Of a stretch of DNA of 64,000 nucleotides, positions 1-20,464 are shown one piece after another. The translations under genes were made by a program, and so were the position numbers. This DNA comes from the human T2T-CHM13v2.0 reference genome, Homo sapiens. Under the pieces are notes generated by a model that saw only the letters and a program-made list of their open reading frames with translations, was not told where the DNA came from and did not search any database. The stretch lies in assembly GCF_009914755.1 (NCBI RefSeq), contig NC_060948.1, one strand, 5' to 3'. The first letter of the stretch is position 1; every line of letters begins with the position of its first letter.

Positions 1-818
1 ATGATTCCTAATATATATGGTATACAATATATATTTTATGATATGTATTCTATATGTTTTATATTCTGTTATATATAACTATTTGAAATTATATATAACT
101 GTATAATATTTTATGTAAATATGAAATATAATATATATAACTATATAATATATTATATATAACTATATATTATGTTATATATACTTTTATAACATAATTT
201 ACATAAAATATCATAATATAATATATATTATATTATTTCATATTACATAATATATGTTACATATCACCCAATATAACTAACATACATAATATTATAATAT
301 AGATTATATTATGTTATATTAAATATCATATATATCATGTATCATATATTCTATAATATATATTACACATTATATAATATGTATGTTGTCTATTATGTGA
401 TATATATAACTATATATATAATTATATTTTTATACATATAACTAGATAAACATGTAATTCTACATATTTTCATTTATAATATGTAGAATTATATAATCAT
501 ATATAATTATTTATATTCTATAAAAAATTTTATCATTATATAAATTATAATATATAAAAATTATAATATGTACTACAAATATATATATTATATATCATAT
601 ATGATATAGTACCTTTGTTATATATCATAATACATATAAATGTGTATTATGTTATCTATAATTATATAATTTCATATATAAGATGTATAATATGTATCAT
701 ATATTATAGATGTTATGTAATATATATAGTATATATAAGATGACACAGGATAAATATTATATACTATGACATATAAAATATATGAGGTTATATGTTACAT
801 ATAAGGCATAGCACATAA

Positions 819-1133
<315 letters not shown>

Positions 1134-1705
1134 AGATCCATATTTTTTAAATGAAAAAAAATTTCAAAGGTACTCTGCTTGGTACAATAATCAAATGTAT
1201 AAACTGAGGAATAAAACATAACCATGAAACCTACTTATAACTGCATATGGAAAATACAGAGGATAATTTTTTAAATAACATATTTTGAAAGCCTTAACTA
1301 GTAATTTGAAGAGTTGGCATTTGAAAGGCCAGTATGAATATACCTTCAAAGCAGCAACACAGGTTCCCCATGAGAAAAAGCAAACACAGGGAAAATAAAA
1401 ACACAAAGGTTCAATCTCTTCTGACCTTTGAAAGACACAGCACAGACAGTGGTCCTTAGGACGAAGAGCAGGAGACCCCTAATTCCGTCACCATGGCGAT
1501 AGGGCATAAACATTGCTGGGTGAGGGCACAATCCACATTGTGAGGTCCAACTGCTGCCAGGAAGACAGGAGTGCTTTTACATAGACCGAAAGGTCATTGA
1601 AGGCTCAGAGTTTTGTTTCAAGAACTGAATCCCAAGCCCACACGTTATTAGGCTGCGCTTCTTAAAACAAGTTATGAGATGGGAAAAAGGGCACCCACAA
1701 ACATA
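1134..1705. repeat. HSATI-type moderate-GC segment of the unit (representative copy; follows every Alu)
   Basis: A non-Alu complex sequence (agatccatatt...gcacccacaaacatacg) of ~570 bp recurs directly after each Alu. Boundaries are approximate. Confidence 0.8.
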
Positions 1706-3548
<1,843 letters not shown>

Positions 3549-5655
3549 AGATCCATATTTTTTAAATGAAAAAAAATTTCAAAGGTACTCTGCTTGGTAC
3601 AATAATCAAATGTATAAACTGAGGAATAAAACATAACCATGAAACCTACTTATAACTGCATATGGAAAATACAGAGGATAATTTTTTAAATAACATATTT
3701 TGAAAGCCTTAACTAGTAATTTGAAGAGTTGGCATTTGAAAGGCCAGTATGAATATACCTTCAAAGCAGCAACACAGGTTCCCCATGAGAAAAAGCAAAC
3801 AAAGGGAAAATAAAAACACAAAGGTTCAATCTCTTCTGACCTTTGAAAGACACAGCACAGACAGTGGTCCTTAGGACGAAGAGCAGGAGACCCCTAATTC
3901 CGTCACCATGGCGATAGGGCATAAACATTGCTGGGTGAGGGCACAATCCACATTGTGAGGTCCAACTGCTGCCAGGAAGACAGGAGTGCTTTTACATAGA
4001 CCGAAAGGTCATTGAAGGCTCAGAGTTTTGTTTCAAGAACTGAATCCCAAGCCCACACGTTATTAGGCTGCGCTTCTTAAAACAAGTTATGAGATGGGAA
4101 AAAGGGCACCCACAAACATACGTATACATTATGTATATAATAATATACAGTATCATATATATAATATATATAACCTATGTATAATATTGTTTTACATCCT
4201 GCATCCTATGTTATATATATTGTATAAAATATAATAATTGATAATATATAAGCTGTATAATTATACAATATGACATATAGTATATATTATAAATTATGAC
4301 ATATATAATATATGTTATATATCATATATAGAATATATTATACGGTTAATATACGTATTAAATATAAATTATACATTATATATATTATATATAATATATC
4401 TGTTATATATAATACCCATTATGCACAATATATATATTATGTCTATGTTATTTATAGTATAAAACAACATATAATAATATATAATTGTATATATAAAATG
4501 CGACATATAATATATATTATATTTTATAACATATGTAATATATATTATATATTATATATAATACGTTGTATGTATAATACCTATATTAAATATATATTAT
4601 ATGACTATGTTATTAATTACATGTCACATGTGTTATATATTATATATTTTACATAGAATATACCGGTTACATACAATATATACTATGTTACCTATAATGT
4701 ATAATTTATTACATGTAAAATAAAGAATGCAATATATTATGTAAAATTTATAATATACAATATGTGGAATGTGATATATATAACATATAATATATGATAT
4801 ATGATATACAGTATATGATATATAACATACAATATATGATTCCTAATATATATGGTATACAATATATATTTTATGATATGTATTCTATATGTTTTATATT
4901 CTGTTATATATAACTATTTGAAATTATATATAACTGTATAATATTTTATGTAAATATGAAATATAATATATATAACTATATAATATATTATATATAACTA
5001 TATATTATGTTATATATACTTTTATAACATAATTTACATAAAATATCATAATATAATATATATTATATTATTTCATATTACATAATATATGTTACATATC
5101 ACCCAATATAACTAACATACATAATATTATAATATAGATTATATTATGTTATATTAAATATCATATATATCATGTATCATATATTCTATAATATATATTA
5201 CACATTATATAATATGTATGTTGTCTATTATGTGATATATATAACTATATATATAATTATATTTTTATACATATAACTGGATAAACATGTAATTCTACAT
5301 ATTTTCATTTATAATATGTAGAATTATATAATCATATATAATTATTTATATTCTATAAAAAATTTTATCATTATATAAATTATAATATATAAAAATTATA
5401 ATATGTACTACAAATATATATATATTATATATCATATATGATATAGTACCTTTGTTATATATCATAATACATATAAATGTGTATTATGTTATCTATAATT
5501 ATATAATTTCATATATAAGATGTATAATATGTATCATATATTATATATGTTATGTAATATATATAGTATATATAAGATGACACAGGATAAATATTATATA
5601 CTATGACATATAAAATATATGAGGTTATATGTTACATATAAGGCATAGCACATAA

Positions 5656-5970
<315 letters not shown>

Positions 5971-8069
5971 AGATCCATATTTTTTAAATGAAAAAAAATT
6001 TCAAAGGTACTCTGCTTGGTACAATAATCAAATGTATAAACTGAGGAATAAAACATAACCATGAAACCTACTTATAACTGCATATGGAAAATACAGAGGA
6101 TAATTTTTTAAATAACATATTTTGAAAGCCTTAACTAGTAATTTGAAGAGTTGGCATTTGAAAGGCCAGTATGAATATACCTTCAAAGCAGCAACACAGG
6201 TTCCCCATGAGAAAAAGCAAACACAGGGAAAATAAAAACACAAAGGTTCAATCTCTTCTGACCTTTGAAAGACACAGCACAGACAGTGGTCCTTAGGACG
6301 AAGAGCAGGAGACCCCTAATTCCGTCACCATGGCGATAGGGCATAAACATTGCTGGGTGAGGGCACAATCCACATTGTGAGGTCCAACTGCTGCCAGGAA
6401 GACAGGAGTGCTTTTACATAGACCGAAAGGTCATTGAAGGCTCAGAGTTTTGTTTCAAGAACTGAATCCCAAGCCCACACGTTATTAGGCTGCGCTTCTT
6501 AAAACAAGTTATGAGATGGGAAAAAGGGCACCCACAAACATACGTATACATTATGTATATAATAATATACAGTATCATATATATAATATATATAACCTAT
6601 GTATAATATTGTTTTACATCCTGCATCTTATGTTATATATATTGTATAAAATATAATAATTGATAATATATAAGTTTTATAATTATACAATATGACATAT
6701 AGTATATATTATAATTTATGACATATATAATATATGTTATATATCATATATAGAATATATTATACGGTTAATATACGTATTAAATATAAATTATACATTA
6801 TATATATTATATATAATATATCTGTTATATATAATACCCATTATGCATAATATATATATTATGTCTATGTTATATATAGTATAAAACAACATATAATAAT
6901 ATATAATTGTATATATAAAATGCGACATATAATATATATTATATTTTATAACATATGTAATATATATTATATATAATACGTTGTATGTATAATACCTATA
7001 TTAAATATATATTATATGACTATGTTATTAATTACATGTCACATGTGTTATATATTATATATTTACATAGAATATACCGGTTACATACAATATATACTAT
7101 GTTACCTATAATGTATAATTTATTACATGTAAAATAAAGAATGCAATATATTATGTATAATTTATAATATACAATATGTGGAATGTGATATATGTAACAT
7201 ATAATATATGATATATGATATACAGTATATGATATATAACATACAATATATGATTCCTAATATATATGGTATACAATATATATTTTATGATATGTATTCT
7301 ATATGTTTTATATTCTGTTATATATAACTATTTGAAATTATATATAACTGTATAATATTTTATGTAAATATGTAATATAATATATATAACTATATAATAT
7401 ATTATATATAACTATATATTATGTTATATATACTTTTATAACATAATTTACATAAAATATCATAATATAATATATATTATAATATTTCATATTACATAAT
7501 ATATATTACATATCACCCAATATAACTAACATACATAATATTATAATATAGATTATATTATGTTATATTAAATATCATATATATCATGTATCATATATTC
7601 TATAATATATATTACACATTATATAATATGTATGTTGTCTATTATGTGATATATATAACTATATATATAATTATATTTTTATACATATAACTGGATAAAC
7701 ATGTAATTCTACATATTTTCATTTATAATATGTAGAATTATATAATCATATATAATTATTTATATTCTATAAAAAATTTTATCATTATATAAATTATAAT
7801 ATATAAAAATTATAATATGTACTACAAATATATATATATTATATATCATATATGATATAGTACCTTTGTTATATATCATAATACATATAAATGTGTATTA
7901 TGTTATCTATAATTATATAATTTCATATATAAGATGTATAATATGTATCATATATTATATATGTTATGTAATATATATAGTATATATAAGATGACACAGG
8001 ATAAATATTATATACTATGACATATAAAATATATGAGGTTATATGTTACATATAAGGCATAGCACATAA

Positions 8070-8384
<315 letters not shown>

Positions 8385-10484
8385 AGATCCATATTTTTTA
8401 AATGAAAAAAAATTTCAAAGGTACTCTGCTTGGTACAATAATCAAATGTATAAACTGAGGAATAAAACATAACCATGAAACCTACTTATAACTGCATATG
8501 GAAAATACAGAGGATAATTTTTTAAATAACATATTTTGAAAGCCTTAACTAGTAATTTGAAGAGTTGGCATTTGAAAGGCCAGTATGAATATACCTTCAA
8601 AGCAGCAACACAGGTTCCCCATGAGAAAAAGCAAACACAGGGAAAATAAAAACACAAAGGTTCAATCTCTTCTGACCTTTGAAAGACACAGCACAGACAG
8701 TGGTCCTTAGGACGAAGAGCAGGAGACCCCTAATTCCGTCACCATGGCGATAGGGCATAAACATTGCTGGGTGAGGGCACAATCCACATTGTGAGGTCCA
8801 ACTGCTGCCAGGAAGACAGGAGTGCTTTTACATAGACCGAAAGGTCATTGAAGGCTCAGAGTTTTGTTTCAAGAACTGAATCCCAAGCCCACACGTTATT
8901 AGGCTGCGCTTCTTAAAACAAGTTATGAGATGGGAAAAAGGGCACCCACAAACATACGTATACATTATGTATATAATAATATACAGTATCATATATATAA
9001 TATATATAACCTATGTATAATATTGTTTTACATCCTGCATCTTATGTTATATATATTGTATAAAATATAATAATTGATAATATATAAGTTTTATAATTAT
9101 ACAATATGACATAGAGTATATATTATAATTTATGACATATATAATATATGTTATATATCATATATAGAATATATTATACGGTTAATATACGTATTAAATA
9201 TAAATTATACATTATATATATTATATATAATATATCTGTTATATATAATACCCATTATGCATAATATATATATTATGTCTATGTTATATATAGTATAAAA
9301 CAACATATAATAATATATAATTGTATATATAAAATGCGACATATAATATATATTATATTTTATAACATATGTAATATATATTATATATAATACGTTGTAT
9401 GTATAATACCTATATTAAATATATATTATATGACTATGTTATTAATTACATGTCACATGTGTTATATATTATATATTTTACATAGAATATACCGGTTACA
9501 TACAATATATACTATGTTACCTATAATGTATAATTTATTACATGTAAAATAAAGAATGCAATATATTATGTATAATTTATAATATACAATATGTGGAATG
9601 TGATATATGTAACATATAATATATGATATATGATATACAGTATATGATATATAACATACAATATATGATTCCTAATATATATGGTATACAATATATATTT
9701 TATGATATGTATTCTATATGTTTTATATTCTGTTATATATAACTATTTGAAATTATATATAACTGTATAATATTTTATGTAAATATGTAATATAATATAT
9801 ATAACTATATAATATATTATATATAACTATATATTATGTTATATATACTTTTATAACATAATTTACATAAAATATCATAATATAATATATATTATAATAT
9901 TTCATATTACATAATATATATTACATATCACCCAATATAACTAACATACATAATATTATAATATAGATTACATTATGTTATATTAAATATCATATATATC
10001 ATGTATCATATATTCTATAATATATATTACACATTATATAATATGTATGTTGTCTATTATGTGATATATATAACTATATATATAATTATATTTTTATACA
10101 TATAACTGGATAAACATGTAATTCTACATATTTTCATTTATAATATGTAGAATTATATAATCATATATAATTATTTATATTCTATAAAAAATTTTATCAT
10201 TATATAAATTATAATATATAAAAATTATAATATGTACTACAAATATATATATATTATATATCATATATGATATAGTACCTTTGTTATATATCATAATACA
10301 TATAAATGTGTATTATGTTATCTATAATTATATAATTTCATATATAAGATGTATAATATGTATCATATATTATATATGTTATGTAATATATATAGTATAT
10401 ATAAGATGACACAGGATAAATATTATATACTATGACATATAAAATATATGAGGTTATATGTTACATATAAGGCATAGCACATAA

Positions 10485-10799
<315 letters not shown>

Positions 10800-12922
10800 A
10801 GATCCATATTTTTTAAATGAAAAAAAATTTCAAAGGTACTCTGCTTGGTACAATAATCAAATGTATAAACTGAGGAATAAAACATAACCATGAAACCTAC
10901 TTATAACTGCATATGGAAAATACAGAGGATAATTTTTTAAATAACATATTTTGAAAGCCTTAACTAGTAATTTGAAGAGTTGGCATTTGAAAGGCCAGTA
11001 TGAATATACCTTCAAAGCAGCAACACAGGTTCCCCATGAGAAAAAGCAAACACAGGGAAAATAAAAACACAAAGGTTCAATCTCTTCTGACCTTTGAAAG
11101 ACACAGCACAGACAGTGGTCCTTAGGACGAAGAGCAGGAGACCCCTAATTCCGTCACCATGGCGATAGGGCATAAACATTGCTGGGTGAGGGCACAATCC
11201 ACATTGTGAGGTCCAACTGCTGCCAGGAAGACAGGAGTGCTTTTACATAGACCGAAAGGTCATTGAAGGCTCAGAGTTTTGTTTCAAGAACTGAATCCCA
11301 AGCCCACACGTTATTAGGCTGCGCTTCTTAAAACAAGTTATGAGATGGGAAAAAGGGCACCCACAAACATACGTATACATTATGTATATAATAATATACA
11401 GTATCATATATATAATATATATAACCTATGTATAATATTGTTTTACATCCTGCATCTTATGTTATATATATTGTATAAAATATAATAATTGATAATATAT
11501 AAGTTTTATAATTATACAATATGACATAGAGTATATATTATAATTTATGACATATATAATATATGTTATATATCATATATAGAATATATTATACGGTTAA
11601 TATACGTATTAAATATAAATTATACATTATATATATTATATATAATATATCTGTTATATATAATACCCATTATGCATAATATATATATTATGTCTATGTT
11701 ATATATAGTATAAAACAACATATAATAATATATAATTGTATATATAAAATGCGACATATAATATATATTATATTTTATAACATATGTAATATATATTATA
11801 TATAATACGTTGTATGTATAATACCTATATTAAATATATATTATATGACTATGTTATTAATTACATGTCACATGTGTTATATATTATATATTTTACATAG
11901 AATATACCGGTTACATACAATATATACTATGTTACCTATAATGTATAATTTATTACATGTAAAATAAAGAATGCAATATATTATGTATAATTTATAATAT
12001 ACAATATGTGGAATGTGATATATGTAACATATAATATATGATATATGATATACAGTATATGATATATAACATACAATATATGATTCCTAATATATATGGT
12101 ATACAATATATATTTTATGATATGTATTCTATATGTTTTATATTCTGTTATATATAACTATTTGAAATTATATATAACTGTATAATATTTTATGTAAATA
12201 TGTAATATAATATATATAACTATATAATATATTATATATAACTATATATTATGTTATATATACTTTTATAACATAATTTACATAAAATATCATAATATAA
12301 TATATATTATAATATTTCATATTACATAATATATATTACATATCACCCAATATAACTAACATACATAATATTATAATATAGATTATATTATGTTATATTA
12401 AATATCATATATATCATGTATCATATATTCTATAATATATATTACACATTATATAATATGTATGTTGTCTATTATGTGATATATATAACTATATATATAA
12501 TTATATTTTTATACATATAACTGGATAAACATGTAATTCTACATATTTTCATTTATAATATGTAGAATTATATAATCATATATAATTATTTATATTCTAT
12601 AAAAAATTTTATCATTATATAAATTATAATATATAAAAATTATAATATGTACTACAAATATATATATATTATATATCATATATGATATAGTACCTTTGTT
12701 ATATATCATAATACATATAAATGTGTATTATGTTATCTATAATTATATAATTTCATATATAAGATGTATAATATGTATCATATATTATATATGTTATGTA
12801 ATATATATAGTATATATAAGATGACACAGGATAAATATTAAATACTATGACATATAAAATATATGAGGTTATATGTTACATATAAGGCATAGCACATAAC
12901 ATGTAATATATATCATGTATAA

Positions 12923-13214
12923 TTTTTTTTTTGACAGAATCTTGTCCTGTTGCACACGGTGGGGTACAATGGCGCCATCTTTGCTCACTGCAACTTCTGC
13001 CTCACGGGTCCAAGCGATTGTCCTCCCTCAGCCTCCCAGGTAGCTGGGACTACACCACACTGGGACTACACCAGCTGCCACCATGCCTAGCTAATTTTTT
13101 GGATTTTTAGTATTGACAGCGTTTCACTGTATTGGCCAGGATGGTCTTGATCTCTTCACCTTGTGATTCCCTTGCCTTGGCCTCCAAATTTGCTGGGATT
13201 ACAGGCCTGAGCCA
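12923..13214 (-). mobile_element. Alu in unit 6 (carries private variants)
   Basis: Same antisense Alu with several substitutions. Confidence 0.93.
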
Positions 13215-15319
13215 AGATCCATAATTTTTAAATGAAAAAAAATTTCAAAGGTACTCTGCTTGGTACAATAATCAAATGTATAAACTGAGGAATAAAACAT
13301 AACCATGAAACCTACTTATAACTGCATATGGAAAATACAGAGGATAATTTTTTAAATAACATATTTTGAAAGCCTTAACTAGTAATTTGAAGAGTTGGCA
13401 TTTGAAAGGCCAGTATGAATATACCTTCAAAGCAGCAACACAGGTTCCCCATGAGAAAAAGCAAACAAAGGGAAAATAAAAACACAAAGGTTCAATCTCT
13501 TCTGACCTTTGAAAGACACAGCACAGACAGTGGTCCTTAGGACGAAGAGCAGGAGACCCCTAATTCCGTCACCATGGCGATAGGGCATAAACATTGCTGG
13601 GTGAGGGCACAATCCACATTGTGAGGTCCAACTGCTGCCAGGAAGACAGGAGTGCTTTTACATAGACCGAAAGGTCATTGAAGGCTCAGAGTTTTGTTTC
13701 AAGAACTGAATCCCAAGCCCACACGTTATTAGGCTGCGCTTCTTAAAACAAGTTATGAGATGGGAAAAAGGGCACCCACAAACATACGTATACATTATGT
13801 ATATAATAATATACAGTATCATATATATAGTATATATAACCTATGTATAATATTGTTTTACATCCTGCATCCTATGTTATATATATTGTATAAAATATAA
13901 TAATTGATAATATATAAGCTGTATAATTATACAATATGACATATAGTATATATTATAAATTATGACATATATAATATATGTTATATATCATATATAGAAT
14001 ATATTATACGGTTAATATACGTATTAAATATAAATTATACATTATATATATTATATATAATATATCTGTTATATATAATACCCATTATGCATAATATATA
14101 TATTATGTCTATGTTATTTATAGTATAAAACAACATATAATAATATATAATTGTATATATAAAATGCGACATATAATATATATTATATTTTATAACATAT
14201 GTAATATATATTATATATTATATATAATACGTTGTATGTATAATACCTATATTAAATATATATTATATGACTATGTTATTAATTACATGTCACATGTGTT
14301 ATATATTATATATTTTACATAGAATATACCGGTTACATACAATATATACTATGTTACCTATAATGTATAATTTATTACATGTAAAATAAAGAATGCAATA
14401 TATTATGTAAAATTTATAATATACAATATGTGGAATGTGATATATATAACATATAATATATGATATATGATATACAGTATATGATATATAACATACAATA
14501 TATGATTCCTAATATATATGGTATACAATATATATTTTATGATATGTATTCTATATGTTTTATATTCTGTTATATATAACTATTTGAAATTATATATAAC
14601 TGTATAATATTTTATGTAAATATGAAATATAATATATATAACTATATAATATATTATATATAACTATATATTATGTTATATATACTTTTATAACATAATT
14701 TACATAAAATATCATAATATAATATATATTATATTATTTCATATTACATAATATATGTTACATATCACCCAATATAACTAACATACATAATATTATAATA
14801 TAGATTATATTATGTTATATTAAATATCATATATATCATGTATCATATATTCTATAATATATATTACACATTATATAATATGTATGTTGTCTATTATGTG
14901 ATATATATAACTATATATATAATTATATTTTTATACATATAACTAGATAAACATGTAATTCTACATATTTTCATTTATAATATGTAGAATTATATAATCA
15001 TATATAATTATTTATATTCTATAAAAAATTTTATCATTATATAAATTATAATATATAAAAATTATAATATGTACTACAAATATATATATTATATATCATA
15101 TATGATATAGTACCTTTGTTATATATCATAATACATATAAATGTGTATTATGTTATCTATAATTATATAATTTCATATATAAGATGTATAATATGTATCA
15201 TATATTATAGATGTTATGTAATATATATAGTATATATAAGATGACACAGGATAAATATTATATACTATGACATATAAAATATATGAGGTTATATGTTACA
15301 TATAAGGCATAGCACATAA

Positions 15320-15634
<315 letters not shown>

Positions 15635-17727
15635 AGATCCATATTTTTTAAATGAAAAAAAATTTCAAAGGTACTCTGCTTGGTACAATAATCAAATGTA
15701 TAAACTGAGGAATAAAACATAACCATGAAACCTACTTATAACTGCATATGGAAAATACAGAGGATAATTTTTTAAATAACATATTTTGAAAGCCTTAACT
15801 AGTAATTTGAAGAGTTGGCATTTGAAAGGCCAGTATGAATATACCTTCAAAGCAGCAACACAGGTTCCCCATGAGAAAAAGCAAACACAGGGAAAATAAA
15901 AACACAAAGGTTCAATCTCTTCTGACCTTTGAAAGACACAGCACAGACAGTGGTCCTTAGGACGAAGAGCAGGAGACCCCTAATTCCGTCACCATGGCGA
16001 TAGGGCATAAACATTGCTGGGTGAGGGCACAATCCACATTGTGAGGTCCAACTGCTGCCAGGAAGACAGGAGTGCTTTTACATAGACCGAAAGGTCATTG
16101 AAGGCTCAGAGTTTTGTTTCAAGAACTGAATCCCAAGCCCACACGTTATTAGGCTGCGCTTCTTAAAACAAGTTATGAGATGGGAAAAAGGGCACCCACA
16201 AACATACGTATACATTATGTATATAATAATATACAGTATCATATATATAATATATATAACCTATGTATAATATTGTTTTACATCCTGCATCTTATGTTAT
16301 ATATATTGTATAAAATATAATAATTGATAATATATAAGTTTTATAATTATACAATATGACATAGAGTATATATTATAATTTATGACATATATAATATATG
16401 TTATATATCATATATAGAATATATTATACGGTTAATATACGTATTAAATATAAATTATACATTATATATATTATATATAATATATCTGTTATATATAATA
16501 CCCATTATGCATAATATATATATTATGTCTATGTTATATATAGTATAAAACAACATATAATAATATATAATTGTATATATAAAATGCGACATATAATATA
16601 TATTATATTTTATAACATATGTAATATATATTATATATAATACGTTGTATGTATAATACCTATATTAAATATATATTATATGACTATGTTATTAATTACA
16701 TGTCACATGTGTTATATATTATATATTTTACATAGAATATACCGGTTACATACAATATATACTATGTTACCTATAATGTATAATTTATTACATGTAAAAT
16801 AAAGAATGCAATATATTATGTATAATTTATAATATACAATATGTGGAATGTGATATATGTAACATATAATATATGATATATGATATACAGTATATGATAT
16901 ACAATATATGATTCCTAATATATATGGTATACAATATATATTTTATGATATGTATTCTATATGTTTTATATTCTGTTATATATAACTATTTGAAATTATA
17001 TATAACTGTATAATATTTTATGTAAATATGTAATATAATATATATAACTATATAATATATTATATATAACTATATATTATGTTATATATACTTTTATAAC
17101 ATAATTTACATAAAATATCATAATATAATATATATTATAATATTTCATATTACATAATATATATTACATATCACCCAATATAACTAACATACATAATATT
17201 ATAATATAGATTATATTATGTTATATTAAATATCATATATATCATGTATCATATATTCTATAATATATATTACACATTATATAATATGTATGTTGTCTAT
17301 TATGTGATATATATAACTATATATATAATTATATTTTTATACATATAACTGGATAAACATGTAATTCTACATATTTTCATTTATAATATGTAGAATTATA
17401 TAATCATATATAATTATTTATATTCTATAAAAAATTTTATCATTATATAAATTATAATATATAAAAATTATAATATGTACTACAAATATATATATATTAT
17501 ATATCATATATGATATAGTACCTTTGTTATATATCATAATACATATAAATGTGTATTATGTTATCTATAATTATATAATTTCATATATAAGATGTATAAT
17601 ATGTATCATATATTATATATGTTATGTAATATATATAGTATATATAAGATGACACAGGATAAATATTATATACTATGACATATAAAATATATGAGGTTAT
17701 ATGTTACATATAAGGCATAGCACATAA

Positions 17728-18042
<315 letters not shown>

Positions 18043-20149
18043 AGATCCATATTTTTTAAATGAAAAAAAATTTCAAAGGTACTCTGCTTGGTACAATAAT
18101 CAAATGTATAAACTGAGGAATAAAACATAACCATGAAACCTACTTATAACTGCATATGGAAAATACAGAGGATAATTTTTTAAATAACATATTTTGAAAG
18201 CCTTAACTAGTAATTTGAAGAGTTGGCATTTGAAAGGCCAGTATGAATATACCTTCAAAGCAGCAACACAGGTTCCCCATGAGAAAAAGCAAACAAAGGG
18301 AAAATAAAAACACAAAGGTTCAATCTCTTCTGACCTTTGAAAGACACAGCACAGACAGTGGTCCTTAGGACGAAGAGCAGGAGACCCCTAATTCCGTCAC
18401 CATGGCGATAGGGCATAAACATTGCTGGGTGAGGGCACAATCCACATTGTGAGGTCCAACTGCTGCCAGGAAGACAGGAGTGCTTTTACATAGACCGAAA
18501 GGTCATTGAAGGCTCAGAGTTTTGTTTCAAGAACTGAATCCCAAGCCCACACGTTATTAGGCTGCGCTTCTTAAAACAAGTTATGAGATGGGAAAAAGGG
18601 CACCCACAAACATACGTATACATTATGTATATAATAATATACAGTATCATATATATAATATATATAACCTATGTATAATATTGTTTTACATCCTGCATCC
18701 TATGTTATATATATTGTATAAAATATAATAATTGATAATATATAAGCTGTATAATTATACAATATGACATATAGTATATATTATAAATTATGACATATAT
18801 AATATATGTTATATATCATATATAGAATATATTATACGGTTAATATACGTATTAAATATAAATTATACATTATATATATTATATATAATATATCTGTTAT
18901 ATATAATACCCATTATGCATAATATATATATTATGTCTATGTTATTTATAGTATAAAACAACATATAATAATATATAATTGTATATATAAAATGCGACAT
19001 ATAATATATATTATATTTTATAACATATGTAATATATATTATATATTATATATAATACGTTGTATGTATAATACCTATATTAAATATATATTATATGACT
19101 ATGTTATTAATTACATGTCACATGTGTTATATATTATATATTTTACATAGAATATACCGGTTACATACAATATATACTATGTTACCTATAATGTATAATT
19201 TATTACATGTAAAATAAAGAATGCAATATATTATGTAAAATTTATAATATACAATATGTGGAATGTGATATATATAACATATAATATATGATATATGATA
19301 TACAGTATATGATATATAACATACAATATATGATTCCTAATATATATGGTATACAATATATATTTTATGATATGTATTCTATATGTTTTATATTCTGTTA
19401 TATATAACTATTTGAAATTATATATAACTGTATAATATTTTATGTAAATATGAAATATAATATATATAACTATATAATATATTATATATAACTATATATT
19501 ATGTTATATATACTTTTATAACATAATTTACATAAAATATCATAATATAATATATATTATATTATTTCATATTACATAATATATGTTACATATCACCCAA
19601 TATAACTAACATACATAATATTATAATATAGATTATATTATGTTATATTAAATATCATATATATCATGTATCATATATTCTATAATATATATTACACATT
19701 ATATAATATGTATGTTGTCTATTATGTGATATATATAACTATATATATAATTATATTTTTATACATATAACTGGATAAACATGTAATTCTACATATTTTC
19801 ATTTATAATATGTAGAATTATATAATCATATATAATTATTTATATTCTATAAAAAATTTTATCATTATATAAATTATAATATATAAAAATTATAATATGT
19901 ACTACAAATATATATATATTATATATCATATATGATATAGTACCTTTGTTATATATCATAATACATATAAATGTGTATTATGTTATCTATAATTATATAA
20001 TTTCATATATAAGATGTATAATATGTATCATATATTATATATGTTATGTAATATATATAGTATATATAAGATGACACAGGATAAATATTATATACTATGA
20101 CATATAAAATATATGAGGTTATATGTTACATATAAGGCATAGCACATAA

Positions 20150-20464
<315 letters not shown>

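Noticed and set aside
1191-1531. Recurrent 71 aa and 61 aa minus-strand ORFs in nearly every unit
   Set aside because: They recur only because the DNA repeats. There is no recognisable domain, the 71 aa ORF is lost from unit 18 onward, and the visible variants change amino acids freely.
4312-4656. 114 aa Tyr/Ile-rich ORF (and similar ORFs at 48038, 48145, 55291, 55398, 58806, 61196)
   Set aside because: These are translations of TA-rich low-complexity DNA. The 4312 ORF is opened by one private T>C change removing a stop near 4426.
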